Below are positions 55,050 through 56,710 of a stretch of DNA of 56,710 nt, one piece after another (the stretch's first letter is position 1; every line of letters begins with the position of its first letter). Made by a program: the position numbers and the translations under genes. The DNA is taken from positions 1 through 56,710 of IMG/VR virus record IMGVR_UViG_3300009168_000049. One strand, 5' to 3'. A model generated the notes under the pieces. That model ran no database searches. It saw only the letters and a list, made by a program, of their open reading frames with translations, and was not told where the DNA came from. This DNA comes from a virus. Taxonomy: Duplodnaviria; Caudoviricetes.

Positions 55050-55546
55050 GCATGCACCATCTTGGCGCTGTTGACCCGGGCTCTCGCGCCGCCGAACAGC
55101 GGTGTGATCACATTGACCATGCCGGCGGTGTCGGCATCGGAGGCGAGCACCGAGCGCAAGGTGGCGAGCACCCCATAGCTGAAGGTGACGGCGTCGCCCT
55201 TGTGCAGGATTTCATCGAACAAGCCATTGATTTCGGCCTGTTTTACCGCCTCGATGGCCTTGCAGGGGGCACGCCATGGCCGGCCGTTCTCATCGGCGAG
55301 AAGCGTATTGTGGCGACAGATGCCACGGGCGAGACGGATCGAGGGGTGATGCGCATCGGCGTAGCGCACGAACAGATAGCGCGGGAACAGCGGATAGTGC
55401 CGCATGACGAATTTGCCGGGACGGAGGTGATGGCGCTTCTTGAGCTGGGGCAAATACGAGTCGAAACCGAACCGTTGCAGTTCGGTGTGAGCGAGATATT
55501 CGGAGGCCGACTCGGTGATCAACGCTGCGTAGTCGGATCGCGCCAT
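55046..55546 (-). CDS. NusG/RfaH-family transcription antitermination factor
   Basis: NGN domain (LQRFGFDSYLP...PLFPRYLFV) and KOW-like LHKGDAVTF...VITPLFGG. Confidence 0.88.
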   Translation of the reverse strand: MARSDYAALITESASEYLAHTELQRFGFDSYLPQLKKRHHLRPGKFVMRHYPLFPRYLFVRYADAHHPSIRLARGICRHNTLLADENGRPWRAPCKAIEAVKQAEINGLFDEILHKGDAVTFSYGVLATLRSVLASDADTAGMVNVITPLFGGARARVNSAKMVHA

Positions 55547-55579
55547 GCCTGATTCCCCTTATGCCGTAGGGGTCATAGC

Positions 55580-55885
55580 TTACGCCTTCGGTTTAGGTCG
55601 AGTATTCTTTCGGCTCGAACCGGTCAATTGTTGGGCGGTGACCTGGTATTCCGCTGCCAGCCGGAGCAGCCGGGCGAGCGGTCCGGGGACGCTGAGGGCG
55701 CCGTACCAGTAACGCTGGCAGGTGCGCCAGGAGAGGCCGAAGGCCTTGGCGGCGGTCAAGCCGTCGTTGATCTGGAGCTTGAGGCAGAGGGTCTGGAATT
55801 CGGCTTGGGACATCGGGGCACGATCGGGTGTCGCGACGTTGAAGCGGGTGGACCAGTTGACGGTGTGCTTTTTGGAGAGGCGCAT
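55580..55885 (-). CDS. HTH DNA-binding regulator
   Basis: MSQAEFQ...AAKAFGLSWRTCQRYWYG...VPGPLARLLRL. Confidence 0.7.
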   Translation of the reverse strand: MRLSKKHTVNWSTRFNVATPDRAPMSQAEFQTLCLKLQINDGLTAAKAFGLSWRTCQRYWYGALSVPGPLARLLRLAAEYQVTAQQLTGSSRKNTRPKPKA

Positions 55886-55891
55886 AGGTCC

Positions 55892-55920
55892 AGTATAGCC
55901 GGCCTCGCTTGCTACGGCAA
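55892..55920 (-). promoter_or_regulatory. Sigma70 promoter TTGCCG-N17-TATACT, leaderless geometry
   Basis: -10 box ends 6 nt before ATG 55885. Confidence 0.6.
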
Positions 55921-55947
55921 GCTGACGGAAAACATTGTCACGGCAGC

Positions 55948-55976
55948 TTGACGTACGTTTGTGATACCATTATATC
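55948..55976 (+). promoter_or_regulatory. Divergent promoter candidate TTGACG-N17-TATATC
   Basis: CAGCTTGACG resembles the early promoters; AT-rich gap. Confidence 0.45.
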
Positions 55977-56013
55977 GGCGATGGGAATGATCCCAACGAA
56001 AAGGTAGACTCAC

Positions 56014-56139
56014 ATGTTGAAGCTGATTGCGGCATGCGCACTCGCGCTGTTTACGTTCACGATGGCGGCTGAAGCGAAGAAGTGCACGGATTGGTGCACC
56101 AACAAAAGCACCGGCCAGAAATTCCGGATCCGCCGCTAA
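56014..56139 (+). CDS. 41-aa secreted cationic Cys peptide
   Basis: AAGGT RBS; signal peptide ending AEA; mature KKCTDWCTNKSTGQKFRIRR; TAATG coupling. Confidence 0.55.
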   Translation: MLKLIAACALALFTFTMAAEAKKCTDWCTNKSTGQKFRIRR

Positions 56140-56531
56140 TGCTGAAGCGGTTTGTGCTGGCACTCCTGCTGGCCATCGCCGGCCCGCTGTCGGCCGCCGA
56201 ACTTCGAGTCATCGACGGCGACACCGTGGTCATCGACGGCGTGAAGATCCGCATCGAGCGGATCGACACGCCGGAGACCTGGCGGGCGCGCTGCGCCGCC
56301 GAGCTCGCGCTGGGCCAGAAGGCCAAGGCGCGGTTGAGCGAACTGCTCGCCGGTCGTGATATCAGCTATGAGGGGAAGAAGCTGGACCGTTGGGGGCGCA
56401 CGTTGGGAACGGTGTATGCGGATGGCGAGGATGTTGGGGAGATATTGATCGCCGAAGGGCTGGCGGTGCGCTGGCGGCGCGGACCCAAGGCGAAGGCCGA
56501 GCGGATGGCGAAGTGGTGTCCGTCAGGATGA
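56139..56531 (+). CDS. Secreted thermonuclease (SNase family)
   Basis: Signal peptide; RVIDGDT, IRIERIDTPE, DRWGRTLG, LIAEGLA. Confidence 0.92.
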   Translation: MLKRFVLALLLAIAGPLSAAELRVIDGDTVVIDGVKIRIERIDTPETWRARCAAELALGQKAKARLSELLAGRDISYEGKKLDRWGRTLGTVYADGEDVGEILIAEGLAVRWRRGPKAKAERMAKWCPSG

Positions 56532-56569
56532 CGGGAGATACTGGAGCCTTGAAAACTTTGGGATAATCG

Positions 56570-56652
56570 GTACGGCAGGATGACGTGAACGATTTTTCCC
56601 TAAGCTAATAGTACGGCAGAATGACGTGAACGATTTTTTACCCAAACTAAAA
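56570..56652. repeat. Two tandem imperfect 41-bp direct repeats
   Basis: GTACGGCAGrATGACGTGAACGATTTTT at 56570 and 56611. Confidence 0.85.
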
Positions 56653-56710
56653 GAGACCACCCCGGGTTGCAAAAATACAACACTGTTGCCGTTTTGCCCG
56701 TGCCCGCACA

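Larger units (their letters stand above)
1..56710. mobile_element. Fragment of a contractile-tailed phage genome (HK97-type head, Mu-like tail and baseplate), probably Milano/7-7-1-like with an alphaproteobacterial host
   Basis: Complete terminase-portal-protease-capsid-neck-sheath-tube-TMP-baseplate-fibre-lysin module on the minus strand; dense overlapping small ORFs on the plus strand; no host housekeeping genes. Confidence 0.95.

Noticed and set aside
54915-55600. RfaH ops element
   Set aside because: No GGCGGTAG-type consensus found by eye on the transcribed strand
56570-56652. CRISPR array
   Set aside because: Only two abutting copies, no unique spacers of proper length, no cas genes
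1-56710. Integrase, att sites, tRNA genes or an exosortase gene
   Set aside because: None recognised; lifestyle and the sorting enzyme cannot be determined from this window

Overview
The window is a 56.7-kb, GC-rich fragment of a tailed dsDNA phage with a contractile tail, most likely infecting an alphaproteobacterium of the Rhizobiales. The left arm (1-22.7 kb, + strand) holds about 70 mostly small early or accessory genes. These include an MT-A70 methyltransferase, a NUMOD4-HNH-AP2 endonuclease, a VRR-NUC-like nuclease, a SNF2 helicase, nucleotide-metabolism domains, a vWA protein, an HTH/RNAP-alpha-CTD fusion, and two exported proteins with an identical PEP-CTERM-like sorting signal. The right arm (22.7-55.9 kb, - strand) is one late operon. 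In transcription order it runs: HTH regulator, NusG/RfaH-like antiterminator, terminase, HK97-type portal, protease and capsid, neck, Mu-like sheath, tube and baseplate, four fibre genes, and lysis genes. The virion proteins are very Cys-rich, resembling the disulfide-cross-linked Agrobacterium phages Milano and 7-7-1 (from recall, to be confirmed by search). The most notable observations are: (i) a self-contained phage cassette of VPGPIVGAGLPGL-CTERM surface proteins with no sortase in the window; (ii) several unannotated Cys/Pro micro-ORFs plus a small membrane protein with a DsbB-like CxxCxxxR motif, possibly a virion disulfide system; (iii) a NusG paralogue followed by a structured leader RNA, with minus-strand-oriented terminators downstream; (iv) duplicated Zn-finger/variable-gene cassettes; (v) an endolysin with an internal start. 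I saw no integrase, tRNA, CRISPR array, reverse transcriptase or DNA polymerase. All family assignments come from motifs recognised by eye, not from database searches.
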